Of a stretch of 64,000 nt of DNA, positions 39,318 through 48,034 are shown in pieces. This stretch comes from an uncultured Gemmatimonadota bacterium. GTDB lineage: Bacteria; JAAXHH01. Position numbers and translations under genes: made by a program. The stretch's first letter is position 1. Every line of letters starts with the position of its first letter. The stretch spans positions 1,536,001 through 1,600,000 of the forward strand of contig OX638340.1 in the NCBI GenBank assembly GCA_951812955.1, written 5' to 3'. The notes under the pieces were generated by a model. It had not been told where the DNA came from and ran no database searches. It saw nothing but the letters and a program-made list of their open reading frames with translations.

Positions 39318-39908
39318 CTAAAGATCGCCCAGCAGCGGCCGCAGACGCTTGCCGAGGTTCGTCTTGGCCCGGTGCAGCAGGGACTCCACCGCGGAAGGCG
39401 AACATTCCATTACCTGGGCGATGGACTTGTATGACATTCGTTCGAAATGGGAGAGGATCAGGGCGGTACGCTGTCTTTCAGGAAGCGCGTCGATCGCCTT
39501 CCCGACGATGCGTTCCCTGTCCGCCTGCTGAAGTTCCTCCTCTGCGCCGACGCTCCGGTTACCGTGCGACGTCGCTTCATCGGCGCCTTCGTTCCAGAAG
39601 TCGAGGGCAAGCCACTGTAACCGGCGTTTCCGGCGCCGGACGTTCAGGCACTGGTTTACCGCGATACGGTAGAGCCAGGTGCCCGGGTCGGCATCCCCTC
39701 TGAACCGGTCGTATGCTTCCATGGCCCGGACGAAAACCTCCTGGGTAATGTCCTCCGCCTCCTGCGGATGTTCCATGAGCCGGTAGCAGGTCTGGTAGAT
39801 GCGCGCATGCCAGGCATCGAAGAGCCTTCGAAAGACCTCCTGCCGGTCTTCGGGAGCGTCTTCCCGGCGATCTCCGGATTGCTGTTTTTCGGCCACTGGC
39901 AACGGCAC
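39318..39908 (-). CDS. ECF sigma factor (RpoE-like sigma-70 family)
   Basis: Region 2 (FRRLFDAWHARIYQTCYRL...EDITQEVFVRAMEAYDRF) and a region 4 HTH (SYKSIAQVMECSPSAVESLLHRAKTNL). Confidence 0.85.
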   Translation of the reverse strand: MPLPVAEKQQSGDRREDAPEDRQEVFRRLFDAWHARIYQTCYRLMEHPQEAEDITQEVFVRAMEAYDRFRGDADPGTWLYRIAVNQCLNVRRRKRRLQWLALDFWNEGADEATSHGNRSVGAEEELQQADRERIVGKAIDALPERQRTALILSHFERMSYKSIAQVMECSPSAVESLLHRAKTNLGKRLRPLLGDL

Positions 39909-40231
39909 CTTTCAGTCTGTCCTGGCGGATCTGGGAAAACACGTGCGCCGTCAACAATACTGCGGGACGGACCATGAATTCCGCGGGCTATCTTACCCTT
40001 GCGCCTCGAACGAACGGTCGCTATAATGAAGACGTTCGAAAAACTACTGATTCCCATGCTGACGAACGCAATGGAACGCGATGCGACGGACCGTTCGACG
40101 GAGATCCCACGTCTTCCAGGGCTTTCGCCGGACCCGGTTTCCATCCAGAATATACCATTTGAACGCAGATTTCTTGTCTATATGTTGACCCGCCCGAAAG
40201 CGGAGAAGCCACGAAGCCTGCGCGACAGGGC

Positions 40232-41218
40232 ATGACGGAGGTGGACATGTCACCCATTACCGATGAGCAGATGGCATTCTTCAAAGACCAGGGATACCTG
40301 ATGGTGAGGGGGTTGCTGGATCAGGAGGAAGTACTCGATCCCGTGATCGAGGAATACGGTACCGTGCTCGATCAGTTGGCGGAAGAGCTTTTCCTGGCGG
40401 GTAAAATCGAATCGAAATACGAAGATCTGCCATTTGGCGAACGCATCACGAAAGTCTGGGGTGAAAGCGGCAAGGTCCATGCCCAGTGTTTCGATTTCAC
40501 CCTGCCCCAGGGCAACATCAAGGAAGACACGCCGTTCTGGTGCGGTCCGGCGGTGTTCAACGTCCTGACAGATCCGCGGCTGCTCGACGCCGTGGAGGCC
40601 TTCATCGGCCCCGAAATCTACTCCAACCCGGTCCAGCATGTACGCATCAAGCTTCCTGAACACTTGACGCCCATCAATCCGGCGACTGGGCGCATTCAGC
40701 TCGGCATATCCCCGTGGCACCAGGACAACGGCGTCGTCACGAAGGAGGCCGATGACACCCACATGCTCACGGTCTGGTTCTCGCTGAGGGAAGCGACGAT
40801 CGAACAGGGATGCCTCACCGTCATTCCCGAAAGCCACCGCGACGGCCTGCTGCACCACTGCCCTGACATCTGGGGCCTCGAAATTCCCGAGAAGGTGAAG
40901 GACCGGTCCGCCGCCGTTCCCATGCCGACCAAGCCCGGTGACGTCCTGTTCCTGCACAAGCACACCTGCCACTCGTCGCTGCCCAACAAGAGCAACGAGA
41001 TCCGGTGGAGCTACGACCTGAGGTACAACCCGATCGGCCAGGCCTCCGGACGGGGCGCCTTCCCGGGATTCGTGGCCCGCAGCCGGACCAATCCAGAGTG
41101 GGTCCTGACCGATCCCGTCGCGTGGAACCAGATGTGGCTGGATGCCAGGGACGCCCTCGCCGGCATGCCCAATCCGTCCTTCAACCGCTGGAGCAAGGAT
41201 CACGAAATCTGCGCGTGA
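40232..41218 (+). CDS. Phytanoyl-CoA dioxygenase (PhyH) family oxygenase (second copy in the window)
   Basis: FFKDQGYLMVRGLL N-terminus, HQDNG and later His characteristic of PhyH. Confidence 0.75.
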   Translation: MTEVDMSPITDEQMAFFKDQGYLMVRGLLDQEEVLDPVIEEYGTVLDQLAEELFLAGKIESKYEDLPFGERITKVWGESGKVHAQCFDFTLPQGNIKEDTPFWCGPAVFNVLTDPRLLDAVEAFIGPEIYSNPVQHVRIKLPEHLTPINPATGRIQLGISPWHQDNGVVTKEADDTHMLTVWFSLREATIEQGCLTVIPESHRDGLLHHCPDIWGLEIPEKVKDRSAAVPMPTKPGDVLFLHKHTCHSSLPNKSNEIRWSYDLRYNPIGQASGRGAFPGFVARSRTNPEWVLTDPVAWNQMWLDARDALAGMPNPSFNRWSKDHEICA

Positions 41219-41386
41219 CAGGTCATCCCGTCCGGTAAATCTGCGCGTGACGCGCCATCTGTGCCAGAATCCACCCGGGCAAAGCGCGGCAGGATATGAA
41301 TGAATCCGGCGCCCGCCATTGGTGCGAGGGTGGCCGCGTCCGCAAGCTGGGGAACCACAAGCCCGGCCGGAACGATTCAACGCGAT

Positions 41387-42241
41387 TCACTGAAAACGCA
41401 CACCCGCCTTCGCTGCGGATTCCACCAGAAACCGCCTGACCTCCTCCACCTGTCCATAGTCGGTCAGGTGTTCCACGACCACACACGTCCATTCCGGCAA
41501 GGCCGAAGCGCGGCACAACAGGCGCCCGTAGTCCAGCACGCCCTGTCCGGCGGGCCGTTCCTCGAGGTGTACGATCGACTGTACCTCCCGGGCCGCCGAG
41601 TCCTTGGCGTGGACGTTCACGATTCGGCTTCCAAGGCGGTCGAAGGCATCGTCCATAAAAGCGCCCGAATCATACAGCGAAAGGGGATCGAGGATGTTGG
41701 CCGGATCGAAGTTGATGCCGACTCCGGGTTGGTCGATCTCCTCTAAAAGCGCTACGGCGCGGTCCACGGTGGACAGGATCGTCATGAGCGACATCTCCGG
41801 CGCGACGGATATGCCGAAATCGGCCGCGAACGGCGCGATTTCCTTCAACGCGACGGCCAGACGATCCAGCGCTTCCTCGCCGTGATTCTCCAGATGGGGA
41901 TACCATGCGTTCGCGGGGTGCATGCCCCCGGCCTCCGTGAGTAACACCCGGCAACCGAGGGCCGCGGCCAGGGGCACGCGATCCCGCAGGATCTGCAAGT
42001 GGGCCGCCGATTCACCAGGATCCGGACGCACGAACGGAGTGCCCACGCTCCAGACCTGGCCGATGGCGATCCCTTCCCCGTCCAGGATCTTTCGGACCTT
42101 GCCGGCAGCGTCCTTATCGACGGCGACGGACCGTTCCAGGTCCACGCCCACCGCGGAGAAACCAAGGTCCCTGATCCAGCTCGCGGTCCCCTTCGTGATC
42201 CGGTCGAGCGGCGGAACGAAACTATCCAGGCAGAGTCTCAT
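41387..42241 (-). CDS. Sugar phosphate isomerase/epimerase (xylose-isomerase-like TIM barrel)
   Basis: AP-endonuclease-2 / TIM-barrel pattern (LGCRVLLTEAGG ... INFDPANI ... HAKD). Start placed at ATG 42241 (MRLCLD); the track ORF uses TTG 42253. Confidence 0.7.
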   Translation of the reverse strand: MRLCLDSFVPPLDRITKGTASWIRDLGFSAVGVDLERSVAVDKDAAGKVRKILDGEGIAIGQVWSVGTPFVRPDPGESAAHLQILRDRVPLAAALGCRVLLTEAGGMHPANAWYPHLENHGEEALDRLAVALKEIAPFAADFGISVAPEMSLMTILSTVDRAVALLEEIDQPGVGINFDPANILDPLSLYDSGAFMDDAFDRLGSRIVNVHAKDSAAREVQSIVHLEERPAGQGVLDYGRLLCRASALPEWTCVVVEHLTDYGQVEEVRRFLVESAAKAGVRFQ

Positions 42242-42289
42242 GGGAGATTCCAAATAACTGATTAACGCTTGTTTAATGAGTTAGTTACG

Positions 42290-42399
42290 CGGATGATCGA
42301 GTGCTGCCGCACGGATGACAGAGCGCCGCCTTACGGATGATCGAGCGCTGCCGCACGGATGATTGAGTGCTGCAACACGGATGATCGGGCGCTACCGCG
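42290..42399. repeat. Five tandem copies of a 22-bp unit CGGATGATCGAGYGCTGCCGCA upstream of an AT-rich promoter
   Basis: Read directly: cggatgatcgagtgctgccgca / cggatgacagagcgccgcctta / cggatgatcgagcgctgccgca / cggatgattgagtgctgcaaca / cggatgatcgggcgctaccgcg. Confidence 0.8.
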
Positions 42400-42407
42400 T
42401 GAAGAAA

Positions 42408-42437
42408 TTGACACTTTTGTATGTAATTTCATAATAT
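42408..42437 (+). promoter_or_regulatory. Candidate sigma-70-type promoter for the methyltransferase gene at 42512
   Basis: TTGACA (42408-42413), a 17-18 nt spacer, then the A/T-rich -10-like ATAATAT. The 42400-42480 stretch is strongly AT-rich. Confidence 0.3.
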
Positions 42438-42511
42438 ATGTATATTGAACGTGCGCAATAACGTATGCAATTATATTACGATTCCGCGCGAAGGCATATG
42501 CGAAGGAGGGC

Positions 42512-43153
42512 ATGCCGGTGAGCAGCAAGGAATTCTTTGATCGCGTCGCCCCGGACTGGGACGAAATGCGCGAGGGGTATTATTCCGAGGACGTCAGGGT
42601 GGGCGCCCTGGCGGCCGCAGCGGTCGAGAAGGGCAAAATCGCCGCGGACATCGGCGCCGGTACGGGCTTTATTTCGCAGGGTCTGATCGAGGAAGGGCTT
42701 CAGATCATCGCGGTCGACCAGTCAGAGGTCATCCTGAATGAAATGAAGGAAAAGTTCGCCCGATGGTCATCGATCGAATATCGCGTAGGGAACGCCCAGG
42801 ATATACCGATTCCTGATGAAACGGTCGACTACGCCTTTGCCAATATGTGTCTCCACCACGTTGAATCACCGCCTGTCGCCATCCGGGAAATGACAAGAAT
42901 CCTGAAACCGGCAGGAAAACTGGTGATCACGGACGCGGACGAGCATGAATTCGAGTTTCTGCGCGAAGAGCACCATGACCGCTGGCTGGGTTTCAAACGA
43001 TCCGATATCAGATCATGGTATCTGGAAGCGGGACTGGGAGAGGTAAGTGTCGAAAGCATAGGCTCCCTATGCGAAGTGCAGTCTTTATGTTGTGAAGAAT
43101 TCGCCCGTATCGGGATATTCGTGGCCTCGGGAGAGAAACGCGCAGGGCGTTGA
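42512..43153 (+). CDS. Class I SAM-dependent methyltransferase
   Basis: GGAGGG RBS. Motif I DIGAGTGF, and a LKPAGKLVITD motif. Confidence 0.8.
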   Translation: MPVSSKEFFDRVAPDWDEMREGYYSEDVRVGALAAAAVEKGKIAADIGAGTGFISQGLIEEGLQIIAVDQSEVILNEMKEKFARWSSIEYRVGNAQDIPIPDETVDYAFANMCLHHVESPPVAIREMTRILKPAGKLVITDADEHEFEFLREEHHDRWLGFKRSDIRSWYLEAGLGEVSVESIGSLCEVQSLCCEEFARIGIFVASGEKRAGR

Positions 43154-43256
43154 AGGCCACGCTGCGCGCCAGGTAGTGCTTGCTTTTGTACGGGCTACCG
43201 GCAAACTGCAAGGAATATCCGTCCTGCCCATCGAACCATTGAACCGGAACGCCAGC

Positions 43257-45107
43257 ATGCATCCTGCCACCGAACATATACACCTCGCCATCTGTCCTGA
43301 TCACAAGGCGCTTTCGCGGACCGTTGCCAGGGAGATCGTCGGGTACGCCCAGGCGCGCGCCGAGGCGGGGAAGATGGCCGTACTGGGCCTTTGTACGGGA
43401 TCCACGCCCATCGACGTGTACGGGGAACTGATCGCGCTGCACCGCGGCGGCGTCAGTTTCGAGAACATCGTCACCTTCAACCTCGACGAATACTACCCCA
43501 TGTCGCGGCAGTCGACCCAGAGTTACCACCGCTACATGCAGGAGTATCTCTTCGACCATGTGAACATACCCGAAGACCAGGTCTACATCCCGTTGGGCGA
43601 CCTCGCGCCGGAGGAGATCGAGGACCACTGCGCATGGTACGAGGAACGTATCCGATCCGTGGGCGGCATCGGCATCCAGCTCCTGGGCATCGGGCGCACC
43701 GGCCATATCGGGTTCAACGAGCCCGGTTCCCTGCCGAACACGCGCACCCGGTTGATCCGCCTGGACGAGAGTACCCGCAAGGACGCCGCTTCCGATTTCT
43801 TCGGCGAGGACAACGTGCCCATCGAGGCGGTGACCATGGGCGTCGGCACCATCCTCGACGCGGAACGCATCATCCTCATGGCCACGGGCGAGCACAAGGC
43901 GCCCATCATCCGCAAGGCGGTGGAGGGCGAGGTCAGTCCGCTCGTGGCGGCCAGTTACCTTCAGAACCATCCGAACACGACGTTCTTCATCGATCCGCCC
44001 GCGTCCAGCGAACTGACCCGGGTAAAGCGGCCCTGGCTGAACAACCACGCGGTGGAATGGTCCGACCAGCTTTCGCAACGGGCCGTGCTCTGGCTTTGCG
44101 AGCAGGCGGAGAAGCCCGTATTGCACCTGCAGCGCCGGGACTACAACGCATACGACCTCTACTCCCTGGTGGATACCGTCCAGACAGTCGACGAACTCAA
44201 CCGGAAGACCTTCGACGCGGTCCGCGCCAAGATCTACGGCCGCGAGGACTTTTTCACCAACAAGCGCTGCGTCTGCTTCTCGCCTCATCCGGACGACGAC
44301 GTCATCTCCATGGGCGGCACGCTGTACCGGTTGTCCGGCGCCGGGAACGACATTACCATCGCTTACATGACCAGCGGGAACATCGCCGTATTCGACGAAG
44401 ACGTGAAGCGGCTTATCGATTTCATCGGCCTGACCTTCCGGGACCTGGGATGCGCCCACGCGAAGTTCGACGGAATCGTGGATACGGTGAGTTCCTTCAT
44501 CGAGACGAAACTGCCCGGACAGGTGGATATCCCCGAAGTCCAGATCATCAAGACCAACATCCGCCGGTCCGAAGCCATCGCGGCGGCGTCGACGCTGAAC
44601 ATCCCGCCGGAAAAGACCCGGTTCCTGGACCTGCCCTTCTACAAGACCGGGCAGGTGAAGAAGCATCCCATCGGCGATGAAGACGTGCGGATCGTCCTCG
44701 ATATCCTGAACGACGTCCGTCCGGAAGTTGTTTTCGTCGCCGGCGACCTCTCCGACCCGCACGGAACCCACCGCATATGCAAGGAAGTCATCGACCGGGC
44801 CCTCACTGTCTACGACAGGACGGACCCCGACGTGTGGCTTTACCGGGGCGCGTGGCAGGAGTGGGAAGTGGACGAGGCGGACGTGTTCATTCCCCTCTCG
44901 TACGAAGATCTCCAACGCAAGATCCAGGCCATATTCCGGCACGAATCCCAGAAGGATACCGCCATGTTCCCCGGTGCGTACGACGACAGGGAGTTCTGGG
45001 AGCGGGTGCAGGACCGGAATACCCACACGGCTCGGCGTCTAGACAAACTGGGTTTCCCCCAGTACTACGCCATGGAAGCCTTCGTCCTCGAGCGCGGCGG
45101 GGCGTGA
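43257..45107 (+). CDS. nagB: Two-domain glucosamine-6-phosphate deaminase-like protein: NagB/SIS-type deaminase N-domain fused to an LmbE/PIG-L-like deacetylase-fold C-domain (the NagB-II architecture described in Bacteroidota)
   Basis: LGLCTGSTP...TFNLDEYY...GIGRTGHIGFNEPGS (NagB), then the C-terminal PHPDDDVISMGGT LmbE-like motif. Start placed at internal ATG 43257; the track start 43092 would overlap the previous gene by 60 nt. Confidence 0.75.
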   Translation: MHPATEHIHLAICPDHKALSRTVAREIVGYAQARAEAGKMAVLGLCTGSTPIDVYGELIALHRGGVSFENIVTFNLDEYYPMSRQSTQSYHRYMQEYLFDHVNIPEDQVYIPLGDLAPEEIEDHCAWYEERIRSVGGIGIQLLGIGRTGHIGFNEPGSLPNTRTRLIRLDESTRKDAASDFFGEDNVPIEAVTMGVGTILDAERIILMATGEHKAPIIRKAVEGEVSPLVAASYLQNHPNTTFFIDPPASSELTRVKRPWLNNHAVEWSDQLSQRAVLWLCEQAEKPVLHLQRRDYNAYDLYSLVDTVQTVDELNRKTFDAVRAKIYGREDFFTNKRCVCFSPHPDDDVISMGGTLYRLSGAGNDITIAYMTSGNIAVFDEDVKRLIDFIGLTFRDLGCAHAKFDGIVDTVSSFIETKLPGQVDIPEVQIIKTNIRRSEAIAAASTLNIPPEKTRFLDLPFYKTGQVKKHPIGDEDVRIVLDILNDVRPEVVFVAGDLSDPHGTHRICKEVIDRALTVYDRTDPDVWLYRGAWQEWEVDEADVFIPLSYEDLQRKIQAIFRHESQKDTAMFPGAYDDREFWERVQDRNTHTARRLDKLGFPQYYAMEAFVLERGGA

Positions 45108-45377
45108 CGTCCCCTCGGTGCGTTCGAGGCGTTTTTAACATGCGACGCGCCGGCCTCGGCCTCCCGACGAACCCCTCGAAAAGCAGTTGCTCTCCCGATC
45201 TTCAATCCATTATATTGGCCTGCTTGCTTGACGGCACCTGACCGGGGTCGCGACGGCGCTGAGATCCCGCACGGTGACATCCGCACGTCGAACGATCAGG
45301 ATGTCGAATCAAACTGGGTGTTGAACGATCCGGAAGTAGAACCATCGCCCGGGAACCGGGGACCATCGGAGGCACAA

Positions 45378-46325
45378 GTGCGCATAGCGGTATTCGGTAC
45401 AGGAGGCGTAGGCGGCTACTATGGAGGACGGCTTGCCGAGGCAGGAGAGGAAGTCGTATTCATCGCACGCGGCGAGCATCTGGAAGCCCTGCGGCAGAAC
45501 GGCATCCGCGTGGAAAGCACGAAGGGTGATTTCACGCTGCCCTCCATCGAAGCCATCGGGGATCCAAGGGAAGCCGGCGACGTGGACGTCGTCATGCTTT
45601 GCGTCAAGTGCTGGCAGGTGCCCGAAGCCCTCGACGGTCTCCGGCCCTTGCTCGGACCCGATACCTGTATCCTGCCCATGGAGAACGGGGTGGAGACGCC
45701 GGAGCAACTCGCCGCGGAGTTCGGCTGGCGGCACGTACTCGGCGGCGTCTGCGGGATCGTCTCGTTCATCGCCGAACCGGGTCTCATCCGGCATGTCGCC
45801 TACGAACCATTTGTCAATTTCGGGGAATGGGACAACCGCAGCAGCGAACGGGTCGACCGGTTGCGCCTGGCATTCGATCGCGCCAGGGGACTCATCGTCG
45901 ATACGCCGCCGGATATTCAGGCCGCCATGTGGCGCAAGTACATCCTCATCGCTTCGTGGAGCGGGATCGGCGGCGTGACCCGCGCGCCGATTGGCATCGT
46001 CCGCAGCCAGCCCGGCACCCGGCGGCTCCTCGAGACGGCCATGGAGGAGATCCACCGCGTGGCCACCGCCGTGGGCATCAGCCTGCCGGACGACATCGTA
46101 GCCCGGACCCTGGCCATTCTGGACAGCGTCGAATACGGCGGCACCGCCTCCATGCAGCGGGATATCATGGAAGGTAGATTCTCCGAGTTGGAAGCCCAGA
46201 CTGGCGCGCTGGTCCGCATGGGCAGGGAAGCGGGCGTGCCCACGCCGGTCAACGATTTCGTGTACCATTCGCTGCGGCCGATGGAACTTCGAACCCGAAA
46301 GCAGGTATCCTTCGAGACGCCCTGA
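45378..46325 (+). CDS. panE: 2-dehydropantoate 2-reductase (ketopantoate reductase, ApbA/PanE family)
   Basis: GTG start with a GGAGG RBS. IAVFGTGGVGGYYGG Rossmann motif and the ApbA C-terminal domain. Confidence 0.75.
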   Translation: MRIAVFGTGGVGGYYGGRLAEAGEEVVFIARGEHLEALRQNGIRVESTKGDFTLPSIEAIGDPREAGDVDVVMLCVKCWQVPEALDGLRPLLGPDTCILPMENGVETPEQLAAEFGWRHVLGGVCGIVSFIAEPGLIRHVAYEPFVNFGEWDNRSSERVDRLRLAFDRARGLIVDTPPDIQAAMWRKYILIASWSGIGGVTRAPIGIVRSQPGTRRLLETAMEEIHRVATAVGISLPDDIVARTLAILDSVEYGGTASMQRDIMEGRFSELEAQTGALVRMGREAGVPTPVNDFVYHSLRPMELRTRKQVSFETP

Positions 46326-46612
46326 GTCGCGGGCAGTATACATTCAGGGTCCGGAGTCGCGGGCAGTATCGTTTCAGGCGCACTGTGGCGCCCGGGGCGC
46401 GACCCGAGACGATCCGAGACGACCCGAGACTCATCTGACGACCGAGGCGCGATGTGGCGCCCGGGGTACGACCCGAGACTCATCTGACGACCGAGGCGCA
46501 CTGTGGCGCCCGGGGTACGACCCGAGACTCATCTGACGACCGAGGCGCGATGTGGCGCCCGGGGCGCGACCCGAGACGACCCGAGATGATCCGAGACACA
46601 TCTGACGACCGA
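46324..46612. repeat. Complex intergenic repeat array. It has two copies of GAGTCGCGGGCAGTAT, then four copies of a ~49-bp unit. Each unit contains a GGCGC-n6-GCGCC hairpin and GACCCGAGAC sub-repeats.
   Basis: Units GGCGC(a/g)(c/a)TGTGGCGCCCGGGG(t/c)(a/g)CGACCCGAGACTCATCTGACGACCGA begin near 46376, 46443, 46492 and 46541. The first and last units carry extra GA(C/T)CCGAGAC copies. Confidence 0.8.
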
Positions 46613-46635
46613 ACCGGCCTGCCGGAGCAACCCGC

Positions 46636-47634
46636 ATGAAGTCATTTCTTGAACGCATTGCCGACGATCGTCCCCTCCTTTACGACGGCGGTTTCGGCAC
46701 CGAGCTCTTCGTCCGGGGCATCGAACTGGCCAACAGCGCACTGGCCAACGAACTTTACCCCGACATTGTCAGAGACATCCATTTCGATTATATTGAAGCA
46801 GGCGCGGAAGTGGTGGGAACGAATACGTTCGTGGCGTCTTATCCCCATCTCGAAATGGCCGGGAAGGACGCCTCGGAATCCGAGCAGCTGATCCGGCTTT
46901 CCTTGGAACACGCCCGAGCCGCCATCGAGCGAAGCGGCAGGGAGGTGTACCTGGCCGGTTCCATCGGACCATTGCCGGGCGCCATCGAGGCCGACAGCGG
47001 CGACACGGAGTTCGGCATTGCCAACAGCATCGCCCGGGACGCCCACGAGCGCGTGGGAACGGTCCTGGCGGCAGGCGGGGTGGATTTCTTCTGTGTCGAG
47101 ACCATGTTCTCCGCCAACGAGGCGGCCCTGGCCATCGACGTATTGAGGCAGTTCGGCCTGCCCATCGCCGTGAACCAGACGTACAAATATACGAAGGACC
47201 GCGCCACGGGCGAGGTCGTTTACAAGACCGACTGGGGTCATTCGGCAGCCGATCTCCTGGAGATCCTGGCAGGCGGCGCGCAGTCTGGCGGTGGCGACCT
47301 GCTCGAGCATGTGCAGATCGTCGGCCTGAACTGCGGGGCGGAATCCCGGCGCGACGAGCACACGGGCATGCCTTACGCCATCAGCGGCATCGGCCAGTTG
47401 AAACGCGCCATGGAAGCCAGGGCAGAGGAACCGAAACGCATGATGGCCTACCCGAACGCCGGGAAGGCGCGTCTCGATGAGCAGCACCGGACCTATTACG
47501 ACAATACCCCGGAAGAGATGGCGGCCTCCGTACCGAATCTCCTCGAGGCCGGCGCTTTCTTCATCGGCGGCTGCTGCGGCACGGGCGTCGCCCACATCCG
47601 GGCCTTCCGCGAAGCGATGGACAGGATGGCATGA
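46636..47634 (+). CDS. Stand-alone homocysteine S-methyltransferase-domain protein (Pfam S-methyl_trans, like the MetH N-terminal Hcy-binding module), with zinc-thiolate ligands conserved
   Basis: DGGFGTEL N-terminus. Conserved Cys in VGLNCGAE and the GGCCGT motif (FFIGGCCGTGV). Confidence 0.85.
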   Translation: MKSFLERIADDRPLLYDGGFGTELFVRGIELANSALANELYPDIVRDIHFDYIEAGAEVVGTNTFVASYPHLEMAGKDASESEQLIRLSLEHARAAIERSGREVYLAGSIGPLPGAIEADSGDTEFGIANSIARDAHERVGTVLAAGGVDFFCVETMFSANEAALAIDVLRQFGLPIAVNQTYKYTKDRATGEVVYKTDWGHSAADLLEILAGGAQSGGGDLLEHVQIVGLNCGAESRRDEHTGMPYAISGIGQLKRAMEARAEEPKRMMAYPNAGKARLDEQHRTYYDNTPEEMAASVPNLLEAGAFFIGGCCGTGVAHIRAFREAMDRMA

Positions 47635-47900
47635 CGAAGTACCAGGTTCTTTACTGGCGTGACATTCCGGCGCAGGTGCGCGTCTACGGAGGACGGCGTC
47701 CACTTTCACGCCAGATGCCCGACTGGTTCCAGCAGGAAATCGACCGGGTGGCCATGCGGGACGGACTCACTGGTACCGACGCCTACCTGGACGAGTGGCA
47801 CTGGTCTGAAAAACAGGAATGGACCGGCGAAGAGAAAGAACCCGATACGGTGGCGGAAGCCATTTTGAAGCGGCTCGAAGACGGGTTCGACAAGGGATAA
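47631..47900 (+). CDS. Small conserved hypothetical protein (89 aa) translationally coupled (ATGA overlap) to the Hcy-methyltransferase gene
   Basis: ORF overlaps the upstream stop by 4 nt. No family assigned from sequence alone. Confidence 0.4.
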   Translation: MTKYQVLYWRDIPAQVRVYGGRRPLSRQMPDWFQQEIDRVAMRDGLTGTDAYLDEWHWSEKQEWTGEEKEPDTVAEAILKRLEDGFDKG

Positions 47901-47904
47901 AACC

Positions 47905-47994
47905 GGACGCGACGGGCAAGGAGCAAATGCGGCGGGCAGTTATCAAGTCCGTCCGCAACCAGCCACAGCAATGGTCGGACGCGACGGGCAAGGA
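47905..47994. repeat. Two direct copies of a ~22-bp element GGACGCGACGGGCAAGGAGCA(N)GGGCAG, 67 bp apart
   Basis: ccggacgcgacgggcaaggagcaaatgcggcgggcag and tcggacgcgacgggcaaggagcaggaccgggcag, immediately upstream of the ORF at 48035. Confidence 0.7.
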
Positions 47995-48034
47995 GCAGGA
48001 CCGGGCAGCATCGAAAACGTAAGAGGCGGCAGAT

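Noticed and set aside
43092-43256. Upstream track start (43092) for the NagB-like gene, and likewise 26912 for the ECF-ankyrin gene, 23535 for glnA and 21787..23232 for htrA
   Set aside because: The longer N-termini overlap neighbouring genes or add non-homologous Arg-rich extensions. Internal starts align with the family N-termini and, for glnA and panE, have clear RBSs.
43008-45026. 672-aa minus-strand ORF
   Set aside because: Antisense to the NagB-LmbE fusion gene and to the C-terminus of the methyltransferase. High-GC artefact.
9385-46612. Interpreting the three tandem-repeat arrays (9385-9479, 42290-42399, 46324-46612) as CRISPR arrays
   Set aside because: Units abut directly without unique spacers, copies are degenerate, and no cas genes occur in the window. 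They behave as tandem repeats or REP-like elements.
46326-46640. Cobalamin riboswitch in the leader of the corrinoid/methionine-related operon
   Set aside because: I could not recognise a B12-box or the conserved riboswitch stems in the leader; the region is instead made of tandem hairpin repeats. A covariance-model scan (Rfam RF00174) would be needed to exclude it formally.
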